Shown here one piece after another: positions 27,901 through 39,900 of a stretch of DNA of 64,000 nucleotides (within the stretch, counting starts at the first letter, position 1; each line of letters starts with the position of its first letter). The notes below the pieces were generated by a model. The model did no database searches, was not told the DNA's origin, and saw nothing but the letters and a program-made list of their open reading frames with translations. A program made the translations under genes and the position numbers. The DNA is from Pecten maximus. Lineage: Eukaryota. The stretch covers positions 35,898,001 through 35,962,000 of the forward strand of contig NC_047023.1 of the NCBI RefSeq assembly GCF_902652985.1, written 5' to 3'.

Positions 27901-30900
27901 TTCTAGGTGTTTTGTGGGATGTATAGAGTACAAAGCTGAATGCATTACACTCTTGAGTAAAATTTCTATGATTTTGTGTATTTTGTTGGTATAAACATTA
28001 AGTTTCTAGACTTTAAAGAAAATTAATGAATTTCATTAGTCTCTTCAAATATATCCTTGAGTGCCCTTGTAAAATAATTATGATATTGACAAAGCCTGAC
28101 AGGCGGCACATATAATTACACATTATTCTTGTTACATGTATATAACAGTGTATAGTCAATACTAGATAAATAAGGATACAACTAAGGTATTTGACATTTT
28201 TGTTCCTTGTGACAAGACTTTTGCATTTGTACTACATTTGCTGACCTTGACCCTGACCTTTGACCTACATAAAAAATGATTTAACCACAGTACGTTAACC
28301 ATATGAGATAGAGCTTTCATATACATTGTACAACATGTATGTGTGTTCCTTGTGATAAGACCTTTCCATTGGTTCTATATTTGCAAACCTGCTGACCTTG
28401 ACCATGACCTTTGACCTACTTTTGAAAAATCTTTAATCTTGGCTACAGTATGTTTACTGTACATGTATGAGATAGGGCTTTCATATTTTAAGTGTGTTCC
28501 TTGTGACAAGACCTTTCCGTTGGTACCGTAAAAACTTGTGTAATTTGCGCATCAGTGTAATTTGTGCATGTACTTTTTGGGGCTGAAAATGCTGAAAAAA
28601 ACTTCTATCCATATATTTTGCACATGAAAATTTTTTACCAAAAAGGATGTCCGGGAACTATATTTGTGGACTACTAACCTCAACTGGGAAAAAAAATTGT
28701 GGTCTCAAAATATCAGTCCTTTCTTCTGTTAATTTGACAGTCTTCACAATTCAGTTTTCATGCAATAACTTCCCTTAAACTTTTGAATTTGGTTTGTGAA
28801 TATGTCTTACGGGGGAATATAAGGTTTAGGTTGATAATCTTTGTCATCTATGTATAATTGGTCTGATTCATGCAATATCTTACTTAAAAGTTATAGATAT
28901 GAATAAATCTTGTAATTGGCTCAGGATTAAACAAGTATAGAGATCAAACAATGCCTAAATTAATCTTATCATTATGAGTACAGTTTATAATAAGCTTGAA
29001 TGTTATTGAATCATAATTGTTTTAGACTCCTTCTAGATCTATAAATAATAGTATAATTCTACAAAGTAAAGGATTAAATATTTGAAGGATTTGATTGTTC
29101 TTGCAGCTATACCATCAAAATGATTATGCCAACAGATGTTGATCAATATGATGTATGGTCAACTTGAAATATAGTGAAGTCAGAAACTACAAAATTCCAG
29201 CAACACCTGTTTTAAGGCCCAGTTTGCTTCATTATAAATGTGTCTTAATTATGAATTGGGAATAACAAATTGTTCTTGATGTTACTTTATTTTATTTACT
29301 GTTATCATTATTAAGTAAATATATGTAAGGTTTGATGGTTGGCACAGTGGTAAAATTCTCTTTTCATCAAGACTGATTAATACAAGCTTCAAAATTGTAA
29401 AATACATTTGTAAATGAGCATGTTGAGTATTGCTCAAGCAATACATGTCCCTTACTGGCCCCTCTTAAACATGGTGATAGTGATCTTGACCTTGACCAAA
29501 AAACCCTGAACCTTGAACTTGATCTGTAGCAATTCATACTTAAGTAACATACCAACTTTCACCAATATTACTTGAAGCATAGCTGAAAAGAGTGTGGAAA
29601 ACTGAGTGGACGGACTGACTGACAGACAGACGCAAAATAGAGGAAAACTATAGTCGCCAGGTTTCATCAGTAGGGGACTTATCAAGTGTCTACATCATTT
29701 TATATTATACAGGTAGCATGTGGGTTAAATCATACCCTTTGTGTGTCTGTGGATGGGACAAATGTCTGGGTCTTTGGTGACGGAGATTATGGCAAGCTTG
29801 GCCTGGGGAACACCACCGGTAAACATCTCCCTACCAAGATAGAGGCACTCCAGGGTCAGACCATTAAAAAAAGTGGCGTGTGGAGCCCAGTTCTCTGTGG
29901 CTCTCTCCAAAGATGGACGTGTGTTTACCTGGGGACAAGGCAAGTGACTTTCTCATCTTGTTGTCATGTCCAAAATAAGAGGAGGCTGCACAATTACTAT
30001 GCCCCTGTCATTTAATGAGAGGGGGGCAGTATACATAGTGTCCTGTTCTGAATCGATAACATACTTGGTCTAATAAAAATAAAAATCCCTCAACAGATTT
30101 GATTGATATTTATACCATAGTACAATAACATAAAATTCTACGCCTGATCTGGGTCTGGGGTCAAGGTTAAAGGAATCCAAGGTCACCTTTGACCAGGGTC
30201 CTTCTGTATAGGACACATTATTGCATAAAAGCAGGGGCATCCATGTCTTACAGACATTTTCAAGTTAGCTTTAATGTCACTTAAGTCAATTCCTCATTTG
30301 ACCTATTGACATCGTTTTTCACTTCTCTTCACCAGACTGCAACATATGTTGTTGTCTCCTTCAGAACTAAGAGGCTTAAAGTCATTATACTTGACAAGGT
30401 ACATGTAGCTAATTGAAAATAGCAAATACATGACTGTATTTACTGTATATTTGAGCAATACTTCACAGATATATATGTTTCAATACTTTTAAACACTCAT
30501 CAAACTTTAACCTTAAATATATTTATGTGAGCCCACCCATCCACTCGTTCTAATATATCAGAGTTATGTTCCCTTCAATATGTCAGTATGGTTGTGATGG
30601 TATACACTATCAATAAGCTTGACAGCTGATGAGGGCTGAAAACTAGTGTTTACTTTTATTTGTTCAAGTAAAAACACTGTGGAGACAAATTTTCATATGT
30701 GTCTAATTATTAGCTCACCTGGACCAAAGGTCCGGTGAGCTTATGTCATAGCGCGGCGTCCGTCCGTCGTCCGTCAACATTTGCTTCAAATTGCTACTAG
30801 TCGAAAAGTTCTCATTGGATTTTTACCAAATTTGGTCAGAAACATCCTTGGCAGAAGGAGATTAGATTTTGCATAAATGGTGACTCTGACCCCCAAGGGG

Positions 30901-33900
30901 CCCAATATGGGAAATTGAGGCAATACCTTCAACTCGCTACTAGTCATAAAGTTATGAATGGATTTGAACCCAATTTGGTCAGAACATACATGCCATATCT
31001 CCCTTATTTTCAAGTCCTTTATTTCCTCCCGGGAGGAGAGCCCAAATTCCCGTATTTGTAATTCCCTCCGGTATTTTTACCGACACCAATTTTGTTTACA
31101 ATTCAGTAGTTTTTCTCGCGAGATTTAATGAGATTTGGCTAAATTTAGCGATCACATGATCCATCTGTTCATGTGATCACTCAATCAAAATGGCACCTGT
31201 TGGACACAGCTTTCACACGAAGCTCTGGCTAGTGTAATGTTTGCGCTAGAATATCTATCACCATGAAATAACTTTAACCCTCTTTGCTAACAGACTTGAA
31301 TTATTTTTGTTTTCTTTTAGGACCATACTTTGATGAAGGTAATTGATACAGAGCCTGGTCAGACGCAAAATCACACGTGTTTTTCATATAACATGTGTAT
31401 CGTTGATCAGTGATAGCAAGATGAAATCCGATATTTTCTTTTAGAAAACTATCAAAATTAACACATCTGTTGGTCGTAGTGGTCAATTATGATGTTTACA
31501 ATGACTGTACCGTCCATGACAGAGATAATATACAAAATCTAGAATGATCGTATCATCGTGATAAGATTTACTGCAGTCTCCTAACATGAACATCTTCAGT
31601 TCTCATGACTTCATGTATACACTTGCACACTTGGAATATTTTTATATCTAAATGGTCCAACATAAGGGATCCCACAGGACATTTCATGGTGATTTTTATA
31701 ACTGATGTGTACCCTCAGAGTGGATCAAGCTTTCTAATTTTAAGAAAATCCAAACTGATCAATGATTAATTTGCTTGTCTTGATCTTTAGCTACATGTAA
31801 TTATAATATACCCTTTTCAAATGCTGTTATGTAATATGCATAAAGCTGTGAAACTTTTTGTGTTACATAAAAAAATAAAAAAATAATTTCATATCATCAG
31901 AATCTGAATGTATACTTATTGCAATTTTTACCTTATACAACTTTTTGTTGTTTGCATATACAATATGATTAATATCCAAAATAAAGATAAATATTCTTTT
32001 TCACTTTCAAAATTAGTTCATTGCTTTAAAATTGAGTAAAAATGTTGATATTCATGTCTCGCACAAATCTCCCTTATTTTAGGCAAAACTCCCTTAAAAT
32101 AATCATTAATCTCCCTTATTGGTCTCCTGAAAATATGGCATGTATGTCAGGAACATCCTTGGCAGAAGGGGATCAGATTTTGCATAAATGGTGACTCTGA
32201 CCCCCGAGGGGCCAAAGGGGCGGTGCCCAATAGGGGAAATAGAGGTAATTCCTTTAAATTGCTACTTGTCAGAAACATCTTGGGGGAAGTGAAACAGATT
32301 TTGCATTAATGATGACTTTGATCCCCAAGGGGCCAAATGGGCAGGGCCCCATAGGGAAATAAACGTAATTCATTTAAATTGCTACTAGTCATAAAGTGAT
32401 GAATGCATGTTCTAAAAAAAATTCTTGAGGTCTTTCAGACCCTTTAGAGAGTCTGGACTTTGTTATTTCTTTAAAGCAGTTGGGATCCACATACTATAAC
32501 TATATATAGCATTGTTTGAGATTGACAAATAAAACGAATTGAACATGAACATTATTTTGACATTTGGTCTAATCTAACCAGGTGAGCGATACAGGCCCCA
32601 TGGGCCTCTTGTTTTTAATGTTTATCCAATTTTAAAATTTTATAGAAAAAAAAACGAATAAAAAGACTGCTTAAAAAGTGCCATTTAATTTTATTCTGTC
32701 ATACCCAAACGGAAACTTTTACTGGATAATTCATTTCTTTAAACAAATGAGTACTGATATTCCAAATATTCTTCAGAGGAATTCACAATTATTAGAGGAT
32801 TAAGACAAAGACTTGTGGCATACTGTATTGAACTAATTATAAGACCCTTATTTTAATGATATTGTTTTTGTCAAAATGCCGTCAAGAAAGTGCCAGCTTT
32901 AAGTTTTACAATTTTCCTCTCTCTCTCTTTTATTTTGCTTCTAATATGTACTAATAAAAGATTGTTTGAATTGCAACAGATCGCCTGATTGGTCAGCCAG
33001 AGTTCAGAGCCCGTGGTCACATGAAGCCTCAAGAGGTGACAGCCTTGTCGGGATATTATGTAGAGGACGTAGTGTGTGGAGCTGAACACACTCTGGCGTT
33101 AACTTGTACTGGAGATGTGTGGGCCTGGGGTAACAACAGTGAGGGCCAACTAGGGATAGGTCATACCAACACACCTGTCCGCGAACCACAACTGGTACCC
33201 TGTCTCACGGGCAAAAACGTCAAACAGGTAGGTTATCTACAACTGGTACCCTGTCTCACAGGCAATATCGTCAAACAGGTAGGTTATCTACAACTGGTAC
33301 CCTGTCTCACTGGCAATATCGTCAAACAGGTAGGTTATCTACAACTGGTACCCTGTCTCACTGGCAATATCGTCAAACAGGTACGTCATCTAAATCTACA
33401 GCTGGTACCCTGTCTCACAGGCAATATCGTCAAACAGGTAGGTTATCTACAACTGGTACCCTGTCTCACAGGCAATATCGTTAAACAGGTACGTCATCTA
33501 CAACTGGTACCCTGTCTCACTGGCAATATCGTCAAACAGGTAGGTCATCTACAACTGGTACCCTGTCTCACAGGCAATATCGTCAAACAGGTAGGTTATC
33601 TACAACTGGTACCCTGTCTCACAGGCAATATCGTCAAACAGGTAGGTTATCTACAACTGGTACCCTGTCTCACGGGCAATATCGTCAAACAGGTACATGA
33701 TCTAGAGCTACAACTGGTACCCTGTCTCACAGGCAATATCGTCAAACAGGTAGGTTATCTACAACTGGTACCCTGTCTCACGGGCAATATCGTCAAACAG
33801 GTACGTCATCTAAATCTACAACTGGTACCCTGTCTCACAGGCAATATCGTCAAACAGGTAGGTTATCTACAACTGGTACCCTGTCTCACAGGCAATATCG

Positions 33901-36900
33901 TCAAACAGGTAGGTTATCTACAACTGGTACCCTGTCTCACGGGCAATATCGTCAAACAGGTACATGATCTAGAGCTACAACTGGTACCCTGTCTCACAGG
34001 CAATATCGTCAAACAGGTAGGTTATCTACAACTGGTACCCTGTCTCACGGGCAATATCGTCAAACAGGTACGTCATCTAAATCTACAGCTGGTACCCTGT
34101 CTCACAGGCAATATCGTCAAACAGGTAGGTTATCTACAACTGGTACCCTGTCTCACTGGCAATATCGTCAAACAGGTACGTCATCTAAATCTACAGCTGG
34201 TACCCTGTCTCACAGGCAATATCGTCAAACAGGTAGGTTATCTACAACTGGTACCCTGTCTCACAGGCAATATCGTCAAACAGGTAGGTTATCTACAACT
34301 GGTACCCTGTCTCACGGGCAATATCGTCAAACAGGTAGGTTATCTACAACTGGTACCCTGTCTCACAGGCAATATCGTCAAACAGGTACGTCATCTACAA
34401 CTGGTACCCTGTCTCACGGGCAAAAACGTCAAACAGGTACGTCATCTACAACTGGTACCCTGTCTCACGGGCAAAAACGTCAAACAGGTACGTCATCTAG
34501 AGCTACTACTGGTACCCTGTCTCACTGGCAAAAACGTCAAACAGGTACGTTATCTACCACTGGTACCCTGTCTCACGGGCAAAAACGTCAAACAGATACA
34601 TGATCTAGAACTATAACTGGTACAAAAAAATTCGTCAGAGAAATCGTCAGCATTCGAAAGCTAAATTAACCAATACTCCTGCCTCTTGGAACAAATTTAG
34701 AACTATTCGGAACGAAGTGATTTCTTCTATCCGAGAGGCAAAAGAAAAATACCTTTCTAAACTCCAATCATCCTTAGTTAATAAGTCTATTCCGCCCGGT
34801 AAATGGTGGCGTATTGCCAAATCAGTTATGAATCTAAAAAACAAAAATGAAACAGATGCCCCTTTGGTTATAAACGGAGAGTTAAAATTTCACCCTATTG
34901 ACAAAGCTGAATCTTTCAACGACTATTTTACGTCTATATCTGTTTCCAATAAGAATGCTGACGATTTACCACCTGATTGTCCTCAACCTCAACAGACCTT
35001 CTCTACTATCAATATTACCGAACAAGACATTATAGATCAGTTACGTCTTCTCAACGCAAGTAAACCTGTAGGTCCGGATACTATTCCCCCTAAATTTATT
35101 AAAGGTATTTCTAATTCGCTTATTAAACCACTGCATGTAATATTTAACAAGTCTATTTCTACTGGTGTTCTTCCGACTGTATGGAAACATTCTAATGTCA
35201 CTCCAATTTATAAAGGCAAAGGTTTACGATCTGATCCATCGAATTTTCGACCAATCTCTGTTACTCCTATTTTTAGTAAAATATTAGAAAAAATTGTCTT
35301 CAAGTACATGTTTAATTTTCTATCGGAGAATAATATCATTTCCAGAAATCAATCGGGGTTTTTACCTAAAGATTCAACTACTTTTCAACTATTGAATATA
35401 TATGACACAATTGTAAAACATTTGGATAAGGGTAAAGAGGCAAGAATGGTTTTCTGCGATATAAGTAAAGCTTTTGACCGAGTTTGGCATGATGGTCTAA
35501 TATATAAATTGAAAAAATATGGTATCGGCAGAAATATGATTAAGTGGTTTTCATCTTATTTAAACGGTAGGATGCAGAGAGTGGTCGTCGATGGATTCAG
35601 ATCTTCTTGGAAAACCATTCAGGCAGGTGTGCCCCAAGGTTCCGTGTTGGGTCCTTATCTATTTTTATTATTATATAAATGATATATGTGAAAATTTAAC
35701 TTCAGATTTGAAACTGTTTGCTGATGACACATCTTTATATACACTTATAGAGGGAGACCGACAGGAATCTGCAAATATTTTAAATTCTGATCTCAGGAAA
35801 ATTTCCTCATGGGCAGACGCCTGGGGAATTGTTTTTAATCCAGAAAAAACAGTAGCTCTTCTTTTTTCAAGTCGGGTTGACTCCCAGACTTTACATCCTG
35901 ATCTGGTCTTTAATAACCTTACTATCAAAAATGTAACAAATCACAAACATCTTGGTCTCTTCTATAATTCTATGGCTAACTGGTCGACTCATATCAATTT
36001 TATTTATGAAAAAGCATATAAAAGGATAAATATACTCAGGATGTTGAAATACAAAATCGATAGAAGGTCTCTTACAACTATCTATACTTCTTTTATTCGG
36101 CCTATCCTAGAATATGCTAGTATTGTGTGGTCTAACTGTACCCAGGCAGAATGTAACCTCTTGGAGTCAATTCAACTTGATGCAATACGTATAATTACTG
36201 GCTTAAGAAAAGGAACTAGTCATTCAGTATTATATTATGAAACTGGTATTGTACCTCTCATTGCTAGAAGACATCTACATCAAAATATTACTTTTTATAA
36301 TATTTTTAACAATAACTGTCCGCATCATATCACTGACTTACTACGACCTTTTATTAACACCAATGATGTCTATAATTTTCGCCATGCTAGATTGTTTAAT
36401 ATTCCTGCCTTGAGAACTCAGCTATACAGCAATAGTTTTTTTCCGTCCTTGATGTCTGAATGGAACAGTCCGTCCTGTCCGTTTCCCTCTATGTCTTCCG
36501 TACGTGAAATAAAAAAGGAATGCTTACAAGCTGGTATTACAGATAATTTCCCACTGTGTTCTGAAACATTTAAATATTCTGGCGAAAGAAAAATCAATAT
36601 TATAATATGTCAGTTAAGAAATTCCGCTAGTAATCTAAACTCTGATTTATTTTATTCTCACTTATGTGATAGTCCTGCCTGCCGGTGTGGTTTTCCGATT
36701 GAAGATTCCTATCACTATTTTCTTTATTATCCTCTCTATACTAATCAAAGAATTCGCCTAAGTAACTCCATTGCTGTATTAGATGTTAACATTCCTCTTT
36801 CTATCGAAACTTTCCTCTATGGATATAATAGTCATGTTTTTAATTCAAATGATATGTTATTGAAGATCGTACAGGAATACATTAGAGATACCAAACGCTT

Positions 36901-39900
36901 TATATAAGATATTAATAACTAATTATAATTAATTGAGTTGATTTTAGATTTATTAATTAAGATGTGAAAAATTATTAATCTAAGAGGCATTTTGACATGT
37001 CTAACATACGCTTCATGATTTATTTATATTCAACTTGCGAGACTCTCCGAAATTGTCTGTTTAATCACTATTATCTTTGCTTTACTACATATATTTTCTA
37101 GTTGTGTATTTTATGTATTGTACTGTTATCAATGTAATTATCGGGAGAGGGCTAATATAGGCATTGCCTGTTGCCCATTTCCCTTTGAATTAACATCTTC
37201 AATAAAATATTCTGAAATGAAATGAAACTGGTACACTATCTCACCAGCAAAAACATCAAACAGGTACTTTATCCAATATATCACAACTGGTGCCATGTCT
37301 AATCTACAAAAAATGTCAAACAGGTATGTTATCTGCCAGAGACTTACAAATTGTGGCCTTATAATGTTTCAGAAAAGCAAGCATAAAGCATTTTAGCCTT
37401 CATACAAAAAAACCCTCTAACTGATGGGGTCCAGATCAGTAAATTTAGATTTACAGTCTTGGTATTGGATGATTTGACTTGAGTTCTTGATAAGGACATT
37501 TGAGTGTACATTGTACTTTCAGCGGTTGAAAGCTATTTAAATCCTTTTGTTACATTTTTTTTTTTGACAGACCATTAATATAAAAATACATAATGTAGTC
37601 AAGTATTTCTGACATTCTTCACAAGGTTATTCGGCGGTTGCTAGGGAAAAGATAAATCGATCTTACACAGGGTGGGTAAAGACAGCCGGCATGCGCTATA
37701 TGACGCTGCTCACAATAATGTAACATCATCATTTTACGTTGAGTAACCAAGTCGTAAATGATGACGTCATTAATTTTGACGCACATTCCAAGGAGCAATG
37801 AAGATGGCGTGATGAAAAACTTTCATAAAAACTTATGTTTGGTTGCAAGTATGTGAGAAAAATAATCAATCATGGGTCTGTTCCGCAAACAAGGATATCA
37901 ACCCTCGTGTAAGAGTTTGGCTGGCCAGCACTCGGCAAGCCTCGTGCTGACTGGCCAAACTCTTACGCTCGGGTAGAGATATCCCTGTCCACGGAACAGA
38001 CCCATGATAGATTCTATTAATCAACTTGGTTGTATTCATTTCCATGGCTCCATGAATGTTCCATGGAAAATTTTCTGATAAATTGTTAAAGCTACTATCA
38101 AATGAAGTTGGAAGTTGAAATTGGAGTCTGATGATGACTGGTGCACACAAGCCATTAAGTCGTGATTGTTGTATTATTAATAAAAGAGCAAAATATTTTT
38201 GTTACATTCAAAATAGAATGTGAATTCTCTCTCAGATATCAGCTGGTAGGACACACAGTGCCTCGTGGACAGCCCAGCCTCCTCCCCAGAGGAAACCAGG
38301 TGTGCCCCTCCCACTACAGCTAGGCATCCCAGAGTGTGTGCCACCTCAGTACACAGCCTTGACTGGAGTCAGCCTGGAGGACATACAGGGGAGATTCAAG
38401 CTCCTCCATCACTTCTCTGACCTTATATACTCCTCCTGGCGACTACTTCCACTTACTTGTACACAGGTGCGTATCTATAAGCAAAATCTGCTTACATTAA
38501 ACAAAATATCTTATGAGATGTTATTACTCTTTGAAAACTTTTTATCTGTCACTTTCACCAAAACAGAAGGATATTAAATTGGGTTTGTCCAGCTGTCTGT
38601 CCATCTGTCTGTCCCACTTTGTTTCCATGTAATAACTGCATCAAATGTTGACAGATTTTCTTCAAACTTGGTAACACGATTTGAAACTTGAAGGGCTCGT
38701 CCAAGTTGAATTGCCACTTCACTTTTGTTGGACTTTATTTGAGGGGATTATAGCTCCTTCATTAAATAAAAATGTTGTTTTTTGCCATTTCTCTGAAATA
38801 ACTGAAACAATTGTTAACAGATATTCTTCAAACTTGATAACAAGATTAAATGCCTTAAGGGCTCATTTGACTAAGTTATGGCCCCTTAAGGGAGTTTGAT
38901 TGCCGAATATTATTTTGTAGAGTTATGTCCCCTTGATTAATTAAAAATTTTGATTTCTGCTGTTTCCATGCAACTCCCACAGATATTATCTGATTATCAT
39001 CAAACTTAGTAACAGAATTATCATTCCTTGATTTATGAAAATCATTACTTACTTGCCGTTAGGTAACTCTCAAATATTTTTTGAAAGTCTTGCAAAATCT
39101 ATTTTACTTAATCCTGTTAAACATGTTCAATAAAACATCTGACTTCTGTATATTAGGCTTTGCTTTTTTGTTCAAGTTTCAAGCAATACATTATGGCTGA
39201 AAAGAATTCATCATTCTGTCAAGTTATAATGATATGTTTAGTCCTAACTTCACAAATGTTACCCTACAGTATGTCAGAAAAGCGAATTCGCTTGTTATTC
39301 TGAATATACTGTCGGTGATCAAGCATCTTAAAGAAAGTCTGCAGGACAACATACAATGTAATACATTGTAGTTATACACTGTCAGGTACCTGGGAAATAG
39401 ATGTGGATAGCATTATACTTTACAAACTCATCTGACACCTGATTTAACTTATAACTTAGCGTGGTGGATGTACTTCTTAATCTCTAAATGGATTGAATTG
39501 ATCTATCAGTATAAATCTGTAAAGTCAGTATAAATCTGTAAAGTCAGTATAAATCTGTAAAGTCAGTATAAATCTGTAAAGTCAGTATAAATCTGTAAAG
39601 TATCATTTCTTACAATCACCAGGTTCTGTATGTTACAAAATATATTGGGACTACCACTTAAAAGCAGCCAAGCAAAAGGCTTGTTATCAAAAGACCAAGG
39701 TGAAATTATATACTCAGGTATGAGGACTGTATTTTTATTTTTATCAATAAGAATATCAGTATTTGCGTCCACAGTCTGCCCTTACTCGCTATGAGGCTGG
39801 AATGATTGGAATCATTGATGGAAGATTGCGCCCACTCCTGTCTCCCAGGGTCTACACACTGCCCCTTGTCAGGGCCATAGGCAAGACCATGGTACAAGGC

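Noticed and set aside
33227-34545. CAG|GT motifs as recursive-splicing sites
   Set aside because: The bases before each AG are A-rich exon sequence without a polypyrimidine tract, so acceptor function is unlikely.
33021-34616. 531-aa ORF as a stand-alone repeat-protein gene
   Set aside because: It is a HERC1 internal exon reading through into the donor array; treated under findings.
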